Of a stretch of DNA of 64,000 nucleotides, positions 23,709 through 33,285 are shown piece by piece. Location of the stretch: positions 70,520 through 134,519 of the forward strand of contig CAWGLT010000015.1 in the NCBI GenBank assembly GCA_963823445.1, given 5' to 3'. Position 1 is the first letter of the stretch. Every line of letters starts with the position of its first letter. This DNA comes from an uncultured Acidobacteriota bacterium (lineage in GTDB: Bacteria; Acidobacteriota; Thermoanaerobaculia; Thermoanaerobaculales; Sulfomarinibacteraceae). The translations under genes and the position numbers were made by a program. The notes beneath the pieces were generated by a model, which ran no database searches, had not been told where the DNA came from, and was given only the letters and a program-made list of their open reading frames with translations.

Positions 23709-24995
23709 TCAGTTGAAGTGTTCGCGGAACGAGGTGAGAGTCGCGTCGAAGTCGGGGTTGGACTGACGCATTTTCGAGATCGCATCCACCGCGTACATCA
23801 CGGTGGAGTGGTGTTTGGAAAAGGTTTTGCCGATTTCGGGAAAACTCAGATCGAGGATCTCGCGGATGAGATACATGGCGACCTGCCGAGGCAGAGCGAT
23901 GGATCGGCGGTTGGAGCGACCCTTGAGATCGGCGACCCGGATTCCATAGTGTTGGGCGACAAAGCGAATGATATCCGACGGCGTCGTTTCTCGTTCATCG
24001 GGGAGCAGTTCGAAGAGCGCCATCCGGACCACGTCGACGGTGATCTTTGCGTTCTTGAGTTGGGCGTAGGCGATGGTTCGATTGAGGCAGCCTTCGAGTT
24101 CGCGAACGTTCTTCTGCACCTTTCGGGAAATAAAGAGAACGGTGTCTTCGGGAAGTTCCCAACCGATGGCCCTGGCCTTTTCCCTGAGAATGGCGCATCG
24201 GGTTTCGAGGTCGGGGGGTTGGATATCGGCGATGAGGCCTTGAAGAAAACGGGATCGCAACCGTTCTTCGAGGCCCGGTATGTCCGCTGGTCGCGCATCG
24301 GAGGTGAAGACCACTTGCCGTCCGGTTGACTGCAGGGTGTTGAAGGTGTGGAAGAACTCTTCCTGGGTCCGTTCCTTGCCGGCGATGAACTGAATATCGT
24401 CGAGGAGGAGAACATCGACACCGCGGAAAGTCTGACGAAAGGCCTCCATCTGTTGTCGTCTGATGCAGTTGATGAGTTCGTTGACGAACTGCTCGGTGGT
24501 CATGTACGCCACCTTGCAATTCGGGTTCGAGGCGAGAACCCGGTGGCCGATGGCGTGCAGGAGGTGGGTTTTACCGAGGCCTGATCCGCCATAGATATAA
24601 AGGGGGTTGTAGGCCTTTCCGGGCCGCTCGGCAACGGCCTCGGCGGCAGCGGCGGCGAATTGGTTGGATGAACCCTGTACAAAGCGCTCGAAAACAAAGC
24701 CGCTGATGAACGGGTAACCGGAAATGGTTGGTCGGACCGGATCGGTCTGAGGCTCGAGACCCTCGGCCGATTCGATACCGACGGTGTACTCGGAACCGAA
24801 ACGGCTGCGGGCGACGGTTTCGATATCGCGCAGGAGATGGTCGCGAACCCATTCGGCGACGATGGCGTTGTCGCACGCGAGAACCAGGGCGCCGGCGGTG
24901 GATTTCTTGACCCCGAGGGGTTCGATCCAGGTGCGGTACTCTTCATCGCCCAACAGTTGTCGGAGGTGTGGTTGAAGCTCCTTCCAGCGGTCCAT
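23709..24995 (-). CDS. dnaA: chromosomal replication initiator protein DnaA
   Basis: 428 aa with Walker A GGSGLGKTHLLHAIG, LLLDDIQF, and the C-terminal DNA-binding signature (FSKHHSTVMYA). Confidence 0.95.
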   Translation of the reverse strand: MDRWKELQPHLRQLLGDEEYRTWIEPLGVKKSTAGALVLACDNAIVAEWVRDHLLRDIETVARSRFGSEYTVGIESAEGLEPQTDPVRPTISGYPFISGFVFERFVQGSSNQFAAAAAEAVAERPGKAYNPLYIYGGSGLGKTHLLHAIGHRVLASNPNCKVAYMTTEQFVNELINCIRRQQMEAFRQTFRGVDVLLLDDIQFIAGKERTQEEFFHTFNTLQSTGRQVVFTSDARPADIPGLEERLRSRFLQGLIADIQPPDLETRCAILREKARAIGWELPEDTVLFISRKVQKNVRELEGCLNRTIAYAQLKNAKITVDVVRMALFELLPDERETTPSDIIRFVAQHYGIRVADLKGRSNRRSIALPRQVAMYLIREILDLSFPEIGKTFSKHHSTVMYAVDAISKMRQSNPDFDATLTSFREHFN

Positions 24996-25042
24996 CGACT
25001 CAGGCTAGCACAAAAATCCGCGACCGGGTGGGCGACGAAGTC

Positions 25043-25071
25043 TTGACACCTGCGCCGACCTGGAGTAACGT
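25043..25071 (+). promoter_or_regulatory. putative sigma70-type promoter of rpmH
   Basis: TTGACA, 17-nt spacer, TAACGT, about 33 nt upstream of the rpmH ATG. Confidence 0.45.
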
Positions 25072-25103
25072 AGCGCGCCCGCAGAATTTGGAGTGATGTG
25101 ACG

Positions 25104-25238
25104 ATGAAAAGGACCTTTCAACCAAACAATCGCCGCCGGAAGAAGACCCATGGCTTCCGTGTGCGGATGCGTACCAAGAACGGACGCAGAGTGCTCGCCG
25201 CCCGCCGGCGCAAGGGCCGCAAACGTATTGCCATCTAG
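25104..25238 (+). CDS. rpmH: 50S ribosomal protein L34
   Basis: 44 codons, [44 protein letters not shown], translated by hand. Too short for the ORF track. GGAG lies about 9 nt upstream. Confidence 0.9.
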   Translation: MKRTFQPNNRRRKKTHGFRVRMRTKNGRRVLAARRRKGRKRIAI

Positions 25239-25602
25239 CCGGCGCCGACGATTTCCGCGCTCTGAGAGGCTTCGACGACGCGCGGAATTCCAGCGAGTCT
25301 ACAGTCAGGGAATCCGGGTCGCTGGGCGGCATGTGGTCTTGTTTGCAATCCGAACCGAAAACACGAGCCGATTCGGCGTGACCGCATCCCGAAAGATCGG
25401 CAATGCGGTTGTCCGGGCGCGCGCCAAACGGCGGCTGCGTGAACTGTATCGACTCCGAAAGGCAACAGACGTGACCGAAACGCTCGATCTCGTCGTCAAC
25501 GCGCGGCGGAGCTGTGTTTCGGCGCCCTGGCAGATCCTCGAGCGCGATTTCGAAAGCTGTCTCGAACGGTTGGGTGAGAGGATGAACACCGACGGGAGCT
25601 GA
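25228..25602 (+). CDS. rnpA: ribonuclease P protein component
   Basis: [12 protein letters not shown]...[24 protein letters not shown] is typical of RnpA. I chose the TTG start at 25228. The upstream ATG at 25150 would overlap all of rpmH. Confidence 0.75.
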   Translation: MPSSRRRRFPRSERLRRRAEFQRVYSQGIRVAGRHVVLFAIRTENTSRFGVTASRKIGNAVVRARAKRRLRELYRLRKATDVTETLDLVVNARRSCVSAPWQILERDFESCLERLGERMNTDGS

Positions 25603-25643
25603 AGAGCCGGCCGGTATGAGAATCCGGGAAGGTGTGGACCGAG

Positions 25644-27296
25644 ATGGAAAAGCGACTGCTGCTGGCCTTTGTGCTGTCGGCGCTGATTTTTGCGGGTTGG
25701 TCGGTGCTCTTTCCGCCACCGGCGCCACCGACCACCCGGCCGCAGAGCGAGGTCGTCATCGACGAGGTGAGCCAAGAGGCCGCGGAGCCGTCGGTCGAGC
25801 GGGCCGTTGCGCAGCCGGCGGCCGGGGAAGAGACGGCTGCCGAGAACCTCCCTGCCATCGTCGGAGAGACGGAAACCACCATCCAGCTTGCCAACGAAAT
25901 GATGGAGGTCAAGCTCAGCAATCGCGGTGCGATGGTCACCTCCATGCGACTGGTTCACTTCAACAATGATGAGGGAGCGCACCTCGATCTCATTCAGTCG
26001 GTTGCCAACGACGAGCGCGCCCTGCCGCTTCAGCTCGTGACGGATGACGGTCCGGACACTCGGCTCTATCGGGTCGAGCGGCTGCAAAACGGGGTGATCC
26101 TGAGTTGGTCCGATGGCGCCGGGTCATCGGTCATCAAGACCATCACCCTCAACCCCGGCTATGGCCTCGAGGTGAGCATTCGGCGTTCCGGGGCGCTGGG
26201 CAATGCGGCGATCAGCGCCGGCACCGGCTTGAGAAATCTCGGCGTCCAGGAGCAGGACAGCCGCCTCGCGGTTTGGGGAGACGGCATCGTACTCGCCGAT
26301 GGCGAAACCGAGAAGTACAAGAAGGCCAAGGTCAAAGCACCGCTCAGCCTGCGACCGGGCGTTCTGGCGTATGCGGGTCTCGAAGACGCCTATTTCATCA
26401 ACCTCCTTCGCCCGCGGACGCGGGTCGATGAGGTTCGGATCGACCGCCTCGAGTTCACCGATTCGGGCAATTCCGGCGAAGAACCGAAGCTCTACCAGGT
26501 GCTGCGGGTACTCCTTGTCCCGAGCGCGGGAGTCTTCGAAGGCGAGCTCCTGGGCGCACCGAAGGACTACGATCTTCTCCAGGGAATCGGCGGAGGCGTC
26601 GAAAAGACCCTCGACTTCGGGATCTTCGGTTTTATTTCGGTCTTTTTCCTCAAGGCGTTGTGGTGGATCTATGGACTCGTGGGCAACTATGGCACCGCCA
26701 TCATCCTGCTGACGGTCGGGATTCGAATCGTTCTCTTTCCCTTGATGCACACCTCCACGGTCTCGATGCGCAAGATGGCCAAGGTCCAACCCAAGGTCAA
26801 GGAGATCCAGAGCAAGTACAAGAAGAAAAAGGGCGACCCCCAGGCCCGCGCCAAGATGAGCCAGGAGACCATGGCGCTTTACAAGGAAGAGGGAGTGAAC
26901 CCCATGGCCGGGTGTCTCCCCGTGCTGGTGCAGCTGCCGATTCTCTGGGCCCTCTACCAGCTCTTCCTGCATGCCATCGAGCTTCGCCACGCGCCGTTCA
27001 TCCTCTGGATCACCGATCTCTCGGCCAAGGATCCGCTCTACGTGACGCCGGTTCTCATGACTGCGACCATGTGGCTGCAACAGAAACTGGCGCCCCAGGC
27101 GGGCGACCCGCAGCAGCAGCGGATCATGCGGATGCTGCCCCTGATTTTCGGCATCATGTTCCTGCAGTTTCCCTCGGGACTCGTGTTGTACTGGTTGACC
27201 AACAACGTGATTTCGATCCTGCAGCAGGAGATCACCCTTTTCATCATCGGTGAAAGGAAGTATTTCGGTCGGGGCGGCGGGAGGAAGAGCGAATGA
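25644..27296 (+). CDS. yidC: membrane protein insertase YidC
   Basis: Starts MEKRLLLAFVLSALIF. Large periplasmic domain followed by the conserved C-terminal core (GTAIILLTVGIRIVLFPL, MAKVQPKVKEIQSKYK). A GTG at 25632 is an alternative start. Confidence 0.9.
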   Translation: MEKRLLLAFVLSALIFAGWSVLFPPPAPPTTRPQSEVVIDEVSQEAAEPSVERAVAQPAAGEETAAENLPAIVGETETTIQLANEMMEVKLSNRGAMVTSMRLVHFNNDEGAHLDLIQSVANDERALPLQLVTDDGPDTRLYRVERLQNGVILSWSDGAGSSVIKTITLNPGYGLEVSIRRSGALGNAAISAGTGLRNLGVQEQDSRLAVWGDGIVLADGETEKYKKAKVKAPLSLRPGVLAYAGLEDAYFINLLRPRTRVDEVRIDRLEFTDSGNSGEEPKLYQVLRVLLVPSAGVFEGELLGAPKDYDLLQGIGGGVEKTLDFGIFGFISVFFLKALWWIYGLVGNYGTAIILLTVGIRIVLFPLMHTSTVSMRKMAKVQPKVKEIQSKYKKKKGDPQARAKMSQETMALYKEEGVNPMAGCLPVLVQLPILWALYQLFLHAIELRHAPFILWITDLSAKDPLYVTPVLMTATMWLQQKLAPQAGDPQQQRIMRMLPLIFGIMFLQFPSGLVLYWLTNNVISILQQEITLFIIGERKYFGRGGGRKSE

Positions 27297-27889
27297 AACA
27301 CGCGCGCGAGTTTCGTGGTGAGACCCTCGACGCGGCGCTGAGCGAAGCCTGCTCGGCATTGAACGCGCGGTTCGGTGAGCTCCGCTACGAGGTCAGCAAT
27401 ACGGATGACGAGGGAGTGGTGGTCGCGGCCGAACTCGACCCCGTGGCGGTGCTCGGACTCTTCCTGTCGGAGACCTTCAGAGCGGGCGACCTCGAGGTGA
27501 CCTCGCGGCTCGAGGAGACCGAGGACGCGCTCGAGGGAGAGCTTTCCGGCAACGACTGCGGGCTTCTGACCGCGGCGGGCGGCAAGGGACTCGATTCGCT
27601 CCAGTATCTGTGCAACCGCGTTCTCAACCGGCGGCTGGAGCGTCATCTCCCGGTCCACCTGGACAGCGATGGTTTCAAGGAGCGGCGGTCAATACAGCTC
27701 CAGGACATAGCGGAGGAGGCAGCCGATGAGGCGCTCCGCACCCGATCACCGGTGGTGATGGGGCTGATGACGCCGGCGGCCCGACGCGAGATCCACCTCG
27801 CGCTCGCCGATGACCCCGGTGTCGAGACCGAGTCGGATGGAGAAGGCTTCCTCAAGCGGGTTGTCGTCCGCCCTCGCCGGCGGCGCTGA
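27293..27889 (+). CDS. jag: Jag/KhpB-like RNA-binding protein (Jag_N-KH-R3H)
   Basis: 198 aa. ATGA overlap with the yidC stop and the conserved position between yidC and mnmE. Confidence 0.75.
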   Translation: MKHAREFRGETLDAALSEACSALNARFGELRYEVSNTDDEGVVVAAELDPVAVLGLFLSETFRAGDLEVTSRLEETEDALEGELSGNDCGLLTAAGGKGLDSLQYLCNRVLNRRLERHLPVHLDSDGFKERRSIQLQDIAEEAADEALRTRSPVVMGLMTPAARREIHLALADDPGVETESDGEGFLKRVVVRPRRRR

Positions 27890-29186
27890 CACCATCATTG
27901 CCCGGTCGTCGCCCGCGGGGCGGGGCGGTCTGGCGTTGATCAGGGTCAGTGGAGGTGAGACCAGGCGGCTCGCCGGGACGGTCTGTCCCGGGCTCGAGAT
28001 GGACCGCGGGTGGCGGGCGTCGCTGGTCGAGCTTCTCGATTCTGAGGGCGGGTTGATCGACCGGGCGGTGGCGCTCCCCTACCCCGCGCCGCGGTCATAC
28101 ACCGGTGAGGACATGTTGGAGCTCATGGTGCACGGGTCGGGTTGGGTCATCCGGTCCACCATCGAGGCGTTCACCGCCGCCGGCGCCCGCCAGGCGGGCC
28201 CCGGGGAATTCACCCGTCGCGCCGTCGCCAACGGGAAGCTCGATCTGGTGCAGGCCGAAGCCATCAATGAACTCATCTCGGCCGACACCGCCTGGCAGGC
28301 AAGGGTAGCGCGGGCCCAGATCGAGGGCCGGTTGTCGCGGGAGTTCGCCCGCCTCAAGAACGACCTCACGGATCTCCTGGCGCACATCGAGGCGTCGCTG
28401 GACTTCTCACAGCACGAGATACCATTCGATCCGGAGACCGGGACCGAGGGTCGCGATCGCTGTCTCGAGCGGGCCGCGGCGCTCCTCGCCACCGCGGCAG
28501 CCGGGCGACGAATCCGGGACGGCGTGCGGATCGTCATTCTCGGGCCGCCGAACTCGGGGAAGTCGACCCTTTTCAATCTCCTCGTCGGCGCCGAAAAGGC
28601 GATCGTCTCTCCCCATCCAGGAACGACCCGGGATGTCGTCGAGGCGGAGCTCGAGGTTGCGGGGGTGCGGGTGATCCTGCAGGACACCGCCGGCCTCGGC
28701 GCGACGAAGGATCCGGTCGAGCGTGAGGGAATCCGCCGCGCGGAGGCGGCCGCCGCCGATGCCGATGCCGTTCTCGTGCTGTGGCCGGCCGATCAACCCG
28801 CGGAGGCGGCGCCTGTGGCGAGACCGCACCAACCGACCCTGCAAATCCGTTCGAAGTGGGATCTCGTCGGCGACGCGGTCGTCTCGGAGCCGTGGCGGGC
28901 GCTGTCGTGTTCAACCGGCGCCGGCGTCCACGAGCTTCGTCAAGCCCTGGCCGAGCTCGTCGCCGCAGAGATCGTCGATCTCGGGGGCGAGTTGGCCATC
29001 GCCGAGCGCCACCGGCGGGCGTTGGAGTTGCTGGTCAGTGAGCTCGAAGCGACGGACTTCGAACTCCCGGAGCTCGCCGCGGAGGGGGTCCGTGCAGCCC
29101 TGGATTCGGTTCGGGAACTGACGGGCGAGGTTGCGACCGAAGATGTCCTCGACCGCGTCTTCAGCTCGTTCTGCATCGGGAAATGA
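27837..29186 (+). CDS. mnmE: tRNA modification GTPase MnmE (TrmE)
   Basis: DTIIARSSPAGRGGLALIRVSG N-terminus, G1 GPPNSGKSTLFNLL, C-terminal FCIGK. The start is uncertain (ATG 27810 or 27837, or TTG 27861). Confidence 0.9.
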   Translation: MEKASSSGLSSALAGGADTIIARSSPAGRGGLALIRVSGGETRRLAGTVCPGLEMDRGWRASLVELLDSEGGLIDRAVALPYPAPRSYTGEDMLELMVHGSGWVIRSTIEAFTAAGARQAGPGEFTRRAVANGKLDLVQAEAINELISADTAWQARVARAQIEGRLSREFARLKNDLTDLLAHIEASLDFSQHEIPFDPETGTEGRDRCLERAAALLATAAAGRRIRDGVRIVILGPPNSGKSTLFNLLVGAEKAIVSPHPGTTRDVVEAELEVAGVRVILQDTAGLGATKDPVEREGIRRAEAAAADADAVLVLWPADQPAEAAPVARPHQPTLQIRSKWDLVGDAVVSEPWRALSCSTGAGVHELRQALAELVAAEIVDLGGELAIAERHRRALELLVSELEATDFELPELAAEGVRAALDSVRELTGEVATEDVLDRVFSSFCIGK

Positions 29187-31054
29187 CCGTGGCTGTCCCG
29201 TTCGATGTCGTGGTGGTTGGAGCGGGTCACGCCGGCTGCGAAGCGGCGGCCGCCGCGGCGCGCATGGGGGCGGCGGTCGCGGTGGTGACGATGCACCGCC
29301 ACACCATCGCCCAGATGCCGTGCAACCCGGCGATCGGGGGCATCGGCAAGGGCCATTTGGTGGCCGAACTCGATGCGCTCGGCGGGCTCCAGGGGTGGGC
29401 GGCCGATCGCGCCGGAATCCAGTTCAAGATCCTCAACGGGTCCCGCGGACCCGCGGTCTGGGGTCCGCGCGCCCAGTGTGACAAAGAACTGTACTCGAAG
29501 CTCATGGCGCGGCTCCTCGCCGGTCTTCGGGGTCTGAGCATCATCGAGGGCGAGGCGGTCGGGTTGGTGACGGATGATGGCGGGGTGAAGGGTGTCCGGT
29601 TGAGTGACGGAGCCCGCGTGATGGGTCGAACGACGATTCTGACGACGGGCACCTTTCTCGGTGGAGTCCTGCACAGCGGCGAGGAGCGCAGACCGGGCGG
29701 ACGGTTTGGCGAGCGAGCGAGCATCGGTCTCGGTGCCGAGTTGTCGGGTCTCGGTCTCGCGCTGCGTCGGTTCAAGACCGGGACGCCGCCGCGCTTGGCG
29801 CGGTCGAGTTTGGATTTCGATCGCCTCGGGGTGCAGGAGGGCGACGAGACGCCGCGGCCGTTCTCCTGGCGGACGAGGTCGGTTCAGAACCGGGTCGTGT
29901 GTTGGGTTACGAGGACACCGGAGACGGTTCAGACCATCATCGAAGACAATATCCACCGTTCGCCGCTTTTCTCGGGGGCCATCGCCGGGGTGGGCCCGCG
30001 GTACTGTCCGTCCATCGAAGACAAGGTTGTTCGTTTTCCCCACCACCGCGAACACACGGTCTTTCTCGAGCCCGAGGGGCTTGCGAGCGACAGCGTCTAC
30101 GTCAACGGGCTCTCGACGAGTCTTCCCCATGATGTGCAGGAGGCGGTGGTTCACGCGGTGCCTGGTCTGGAAACGGCGGAGTTCCTCCGGTACGGGTATG
30201 CGGTGGAGTACGACATGGTCGTTCCCGGCCAGGTTCGGGCGGATCTTTCCTGCCGGGAGGTGCCGGGGCTCGTGCTCGCCGGACAGGTGCTCGGAACCTC
30301 GGGCTATGAGGAGGCGGCGGCGCTCGGTTTCGTCGCCGGCGTGAACGCGGTGCTCTGCGGGAGGGGGGGGCGCCCGTTCGTCCCGACCAGGCAAGAGGCG
30401 TATCTCGGGGTGCTCGTCGACGATCTGGTGACCCGGGAGCACGTGGAGCCATACCGGATGTTCACCTCCAGGGCCGAGCACCGGCTTCTGTTGGGGGTGG
30501 ACTCGGCACGCGAGCGCCTGATGGCCAAGGGCGTCGAACTCGGTCTGGTGCGAGAGGCGATGTTTCACGTGGAACACACGAGATGGGCGGCACGGGCCGA
30601 TGCCCGCCGAACCCTTGAAACCGGTCGGTTGAACCCGGATACCGCCACCCGCGAAGTGGTTCGATCGATCACCGGTGTCGAGGTGACGGCGCCGACCACG
30701 TGGGCGGGGTTGCTGCTGCGGCAGGATGTCGATCTCGATCGAGTGGCCGCCTCGGTACCGGGGCTCAAGGCGTTGAGTGCCGAAGATCGGCGAATCGTGG
30801 TCCGGTCGCTCCGCTACCAGGGATACCTGGCGCGGCACGAGCGTGAGATCGAACGGGTCAAGCGACTTCGCGAGGTCGAGATCCCGCGCGGGCTCGACCC
30901 GGCGAAGATCCCCGGGCTGTCGAGAGAAATCGTCGAACAGCTCGGGCGTCACCGTCCGGCAACCCTCGCCGATGCCGAGGGCCTGCCGGGGATGACGCCG
31001 GCGGCGGTCGCCATTCTCGCCGGGCGCATCGCGGGATGGAGCAAACGGCGATGA
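29183..31054 (+). CDS. mnmG: tRNA uridine 5-carboxymethylaminomethyl modification enzyme MnmG (GidA)
   Basis: 623 aa with FDVVVVGAGHAGCEAA. ATGA overlap with the mnmE stop. Confidence 0.95.
   Translation: MTVAVPFDVVVVGAGHAGCEAAAAAARMGAAVAVVTMHRHTIAQMPCNPAIGGIGKGHLVAELDALGGLQGWAADRAGIQFKILNGSRGPAVWGPRAQCDKELYSKLMARLLAGLRGLSIIEGEAVGLVTDDGGVKGVRLSDGARVMGRTTILTTGTFLGGVLHSGEERRPGGRFGERASIGLGAELSGLGLALRRFKTGTPPRLARSSLDFDRLGVQEGDETPRPFSWRTRSVQNRVVCWVTRTPETVQTIIEDNIHRSPLFSGAIAGVGPRYCPSIEDKVVRFPHHREHTVFLEPEGLASDSVYVNGLSTSLPHDVQEAVVHAVPGLETAEFLRYGYAVEYDMVVPGQVRADLSCREVPGLVLAGQVLGTSGYEEAAALGFVAGVNAVLCGRGGRPFVPTRQEAYLGVLVDDLVTREHVEPYRMFTSRAEHRLLLGVDSARERLMAKGVELGLVREAMFHVEHTRWAARADARRTLETGRLNPDTATREVVRSITGVEVTAPTTWAGLLLRQDVDLDRVAASVPGLKALSAEDRRIVVRSLRYQGYLARHEREIERVKRLREVEIPRGLDPAKIPGLSREIVEQLGRHRPATLADAEGLPGMTPAAVAILAGRIAGWSKRR
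30561..30576. promoter_or_regulatory. parS: parS-like site inside mnmG
   Basis: TGTTTCACGTGGAACA, one mismatch from the consensus TGTTTCACGTGAAACA. Confidence 0.6.
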
Positions 31055-31656
31055 CGGAAACGGCGTCCTTTCGAGATCTCCTGGCGGAGCGTCTGGACGG
31101 GACCGCCCTCGACCGCATGGTGAGTTATGCGGAGCTTCTCGAGACCTGGTCGGCAAAGCACAATCTCGTGCGGTTCGCCGACCGCCGGGAGTTGGTCGAG
31201 CGGCACATCTTCGACGCCCTCGCCGGCGAGCGCCTCCTCGCCGGCGAGGGGAGCCTCCTCGATGTCGGGAGCGGGGCCGGTCTGCCCGGGGTGCCGCTGC
31301 TCATCGCCCGACCGGGCTGGCGCGGGCTGCTGTTGGAGCCGAGGAAGAAGCGGTGGTCCTTCCTCAAACGGGTCATCCGCGAACTCGAGCTCGATGCCCG
31401 GGCGGTGGATCTGCGGTATGAGCAATTGCCGCCGGAGGAGCGGTTTGACCTCATCACCGCCCGGGCGGTGGGCGGCCACGCGACCCTGCTGAATTGGGCG
31501 GAATCCCATCTCGTCGCCGGGGGTGCGGTCGCGTTCTGGACCACCGACGATGGTGAACGCGAGTTGGCCGCGGAGGCGGGTTGGCGTGTGTTAAGCTGGC
31601 CGCTCGTCGGCCTCGATCGGGGCCGACTCGTGTCTCTGAGAAAGCGTTCCACGTGA
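31051..31656 (+). CDS. rsmG: 16S rRNA (guanine527-N7)-methyltransferase RsmG (GidB)
   Basis: SAM motif LLDVGSGAGLPGVPL. The ATG at 31051 gives an ATGA overlap with mnmG. The ATG at 31036 is an alternative. Confidence 0.85.
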   Translation: MTETASFRDLLAERLDGTALDRMVSYAELLETWSAKHNLVRFADRRELVERHIFDALAGERLLAGEGSLLDVGSGAGLPGVPLLIARPGWRGLLLEPRKKRWSFLKRVIRELELDARAVDLRYEQLPPEERFDLITARAVGGHATLLNWAESHLVAGGAVAFWTTDDGERELAAEAGWRVLSWPLVGLDRGRLVSLRKRST

Positions 31657-31660
31657 AACA
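31645..31660. promoter_or_regulatory. parS: parS-like site spanning the rsmG stop and parA start
   Basis: CGTTCCACGTGAAACA. Positions 2-16 equal the reverse complement of the 30561 site. The central GTG is the proposed parA start codon. Confidence 0.6.
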
Positions 31661-32429
31661 CCGAGTCGTCGCCGTCGTCAACCAGAAAGGCGGGGTCGGA
31701 AAGACCACCACCGCCATCAGCCTCGGCGCAGCCCTCGCTGCGTACGAGAGGCGGACGCTTCTCATCGATCTCGATCCTCAGGGAAACTGTACCGCGGGCT
31801 TCGGCGTCGATGTCGCGGCCGGTGCCGCGACGACGTACGAGGTTCTGAACGGCCAGGCGCGGCTTCTCGATGTCGTGCGGCCGACCGAATTTCCCCATCT
31901 GTCACTGGTGCCGGCCACTCCCGATTTGGCCGGGGCGGAGGTCGAACTCGTCGGCATGGTGGGGCGCGAGTTCCGGCTTCGGGAGGCACTGGCGGATTTT
32001 TCCGGCAGCGAGTTCGTTTTTGTCGACTGCCCGCCTTCCCTCGGTCTGCTGACGGTCAACGCGCTGGCTGCGGCCGATGGCCTGCTGGTGCCGGTCCAGT
32101 GCGAGTACTACGCCATGGAGGGTGTGTCGAACCTCCTCAAGACGGTGGACGATGTCCGCCGATTCCTCAATCCCGAGCTCGCCATCGATGGAATCCTGCT
32201 CACCATGTACGATGATCGGACGAATCTGGCGCAGCAGGTGGCCCAGGAGGTGCGTTCGGTGTTCGGTGATCTGGTTTTTGAAGCGGTGGTGCCGCGGAAC
32301 GTCCGGCTCGCCGAGGCGCCATCGTTTGGCCGACCGATCCATGCCTACGACCTGCGAAGCACGGGCGCTCAGGCCTACCTTCAACTCGCCCGCGAATATC
32401 TGACGCGAATGGCTGGAAATCATGGCTAA
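31653..32429 (+). CDS. parA: chromosome partitioning ATPase ParA (Soj)
   Basis: Deviant Walker A VVNQKGGVGKTTTA. The GTG start forms a GTGA overlap with the rsmG stop. Confidence 0.9.
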   Translation: MKHRVVAVVNQKGGVGKTTTAISLGAALAAYERRTLLIDLDPQGNCTAGFGVDVAAGAATTYEVLNGQARLLDVVRPTEFPHLSLVPATPDLAGAEVELVGMVGREFRLREALADFSGSEFVFVDCPPSLGLLTVNALAAADGLLVPVQCEYYAMEGVSNLLKTVDDVRRFLNPELAIDGILLTMYDDRTNLAQQVAQEVRSVFGDLVFEAVVPRNVRLAEAPSFGRPIHAYDLRSTGAQAYLQLAREYLTRMAGNHG

Positions 32430-33285
32430 ACAAGCGCTCGGACGAGGCCTCAAGGCCCTCATCCCCGACACCCAGAGGGCGAGGTCCGGGTTGGCGGAAA
32501 TCCCCGTGGATCGTCTCGGCCCGAACCCGGAACAGCCGCGAAAACATTTTGCCGATGACGGCATTGCCGAGCTTGCCGACTCGATCCGACGCCACGGCGT
32601 CCTCCAACCCCTGCTTGTGAGTGAAGACGGCGCCGGCGGGTACCTCGTCATCGCCGGCGAGCGGCGGTGGCGGGCAGCCCGGGCGGCGGGACTCAAGACC
32701 GTGCCGGCGGTGATCCGTGAGCGGCTCGGCGCCCGCGACGAACTCGCGCTGGCGCTCGTGGAGAACCTGCAACGCCGCGATCTGTCGGCTCTCGAAGAGG
32801 CCCGTGCCTTCGAGCATCTCAGGTCCGAACATGGTCTTTCCCAGGCGGAAATCGCCAACCAGGTCGGAATGGACCGGAGCACCATCGCCAACGCCCTCCG
32901 GCTTCTTCGGCTGCCGGAGAAGATCCAGGAAATGGTGGAGGCGGGGCTTCTGAGCGCCGGTCACGGCCGCGCGCTGCTCGCCGTGCCCGATGTCCAGGAC
33001 CAACTCGAATGGGCCGAACGCGCGGCCGCGGAGGGGCTGTCCGTCCGCGATCTCGAGCGGGTTGCGGCTGACGGGAAGAACACGACGACGAAGCGCAGCG
33101 GCACCGAGAAAACGCGGGCAGCGAAGGACCCGAATCTCGTCGCGGCCGAGGAGAAGTTGAGCCTCCGCCTGGGGGCCCCTGTGGAAATCCGGCCCCGCCG
33201 GAACGATGGCGGTGCGATCGTGATCACCTGCGTTGAACCGGACGAGTTGATGCGGGTCTTCGATCTCCTGATGGGGGGTAAGTGA
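32422..33285 (+). CDS. parB: chromosome partitioning protein ParB (Spo0J)
   Basis: 287 aa with GLKALI, ParB box VIAGERRWRAA and ENLQRRDLS. 8-nt overlap with parA. Confidence 0.9.
   Translation: MAKQALGRGLKALIPDTQRARSGLAEIPVDRLGPNPEQPRKHFADDGIAELADSIRRHGVLQPLLVSEDGAGGYLVIAGERRWRAARAAGLKTVPAVIRERLGARDELALALVENLQRRDLSALEEARAFEHLRSEHGLSQAEIANQVGMDRSTIANALRLLRLPEKIQEMVEAGLLSAGHGRALLAVPDVQDQLEWAERAAAEGLSVRDLERVAADGKNTTTKRSGTEKTRAAKDPNLVAAEEKLSLRLGAPVEIRPRRNDGGAIVITCVEPDELMRVFDLLMGGK

Noticed and set aside
25603-25643. Expected yidD (membrane protein insertion efficiency factor) between rnpA and yidC.
   Set aside because: The gap is only 41 nt. No overlapping frame shows the YidD cysteine motif, so the gene is simply not at this locus.
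28940-31156. Very long antisense or out-of-frame ORFs. Examples: 738 aa opposite mnmG, 3355-4860 opposite the kinase, 5653-7026 opposite the TPR gene, 17223-18458 opposite gyrA, and 56310-58061 across mqnC/rng.
   Set aside because: They overlap genes with unmistakable conserved motifs. They have Arg/Pro/Gly-rich composition typical of wrong-frame translation of high-GC DNA, and they lack recognisable domains.
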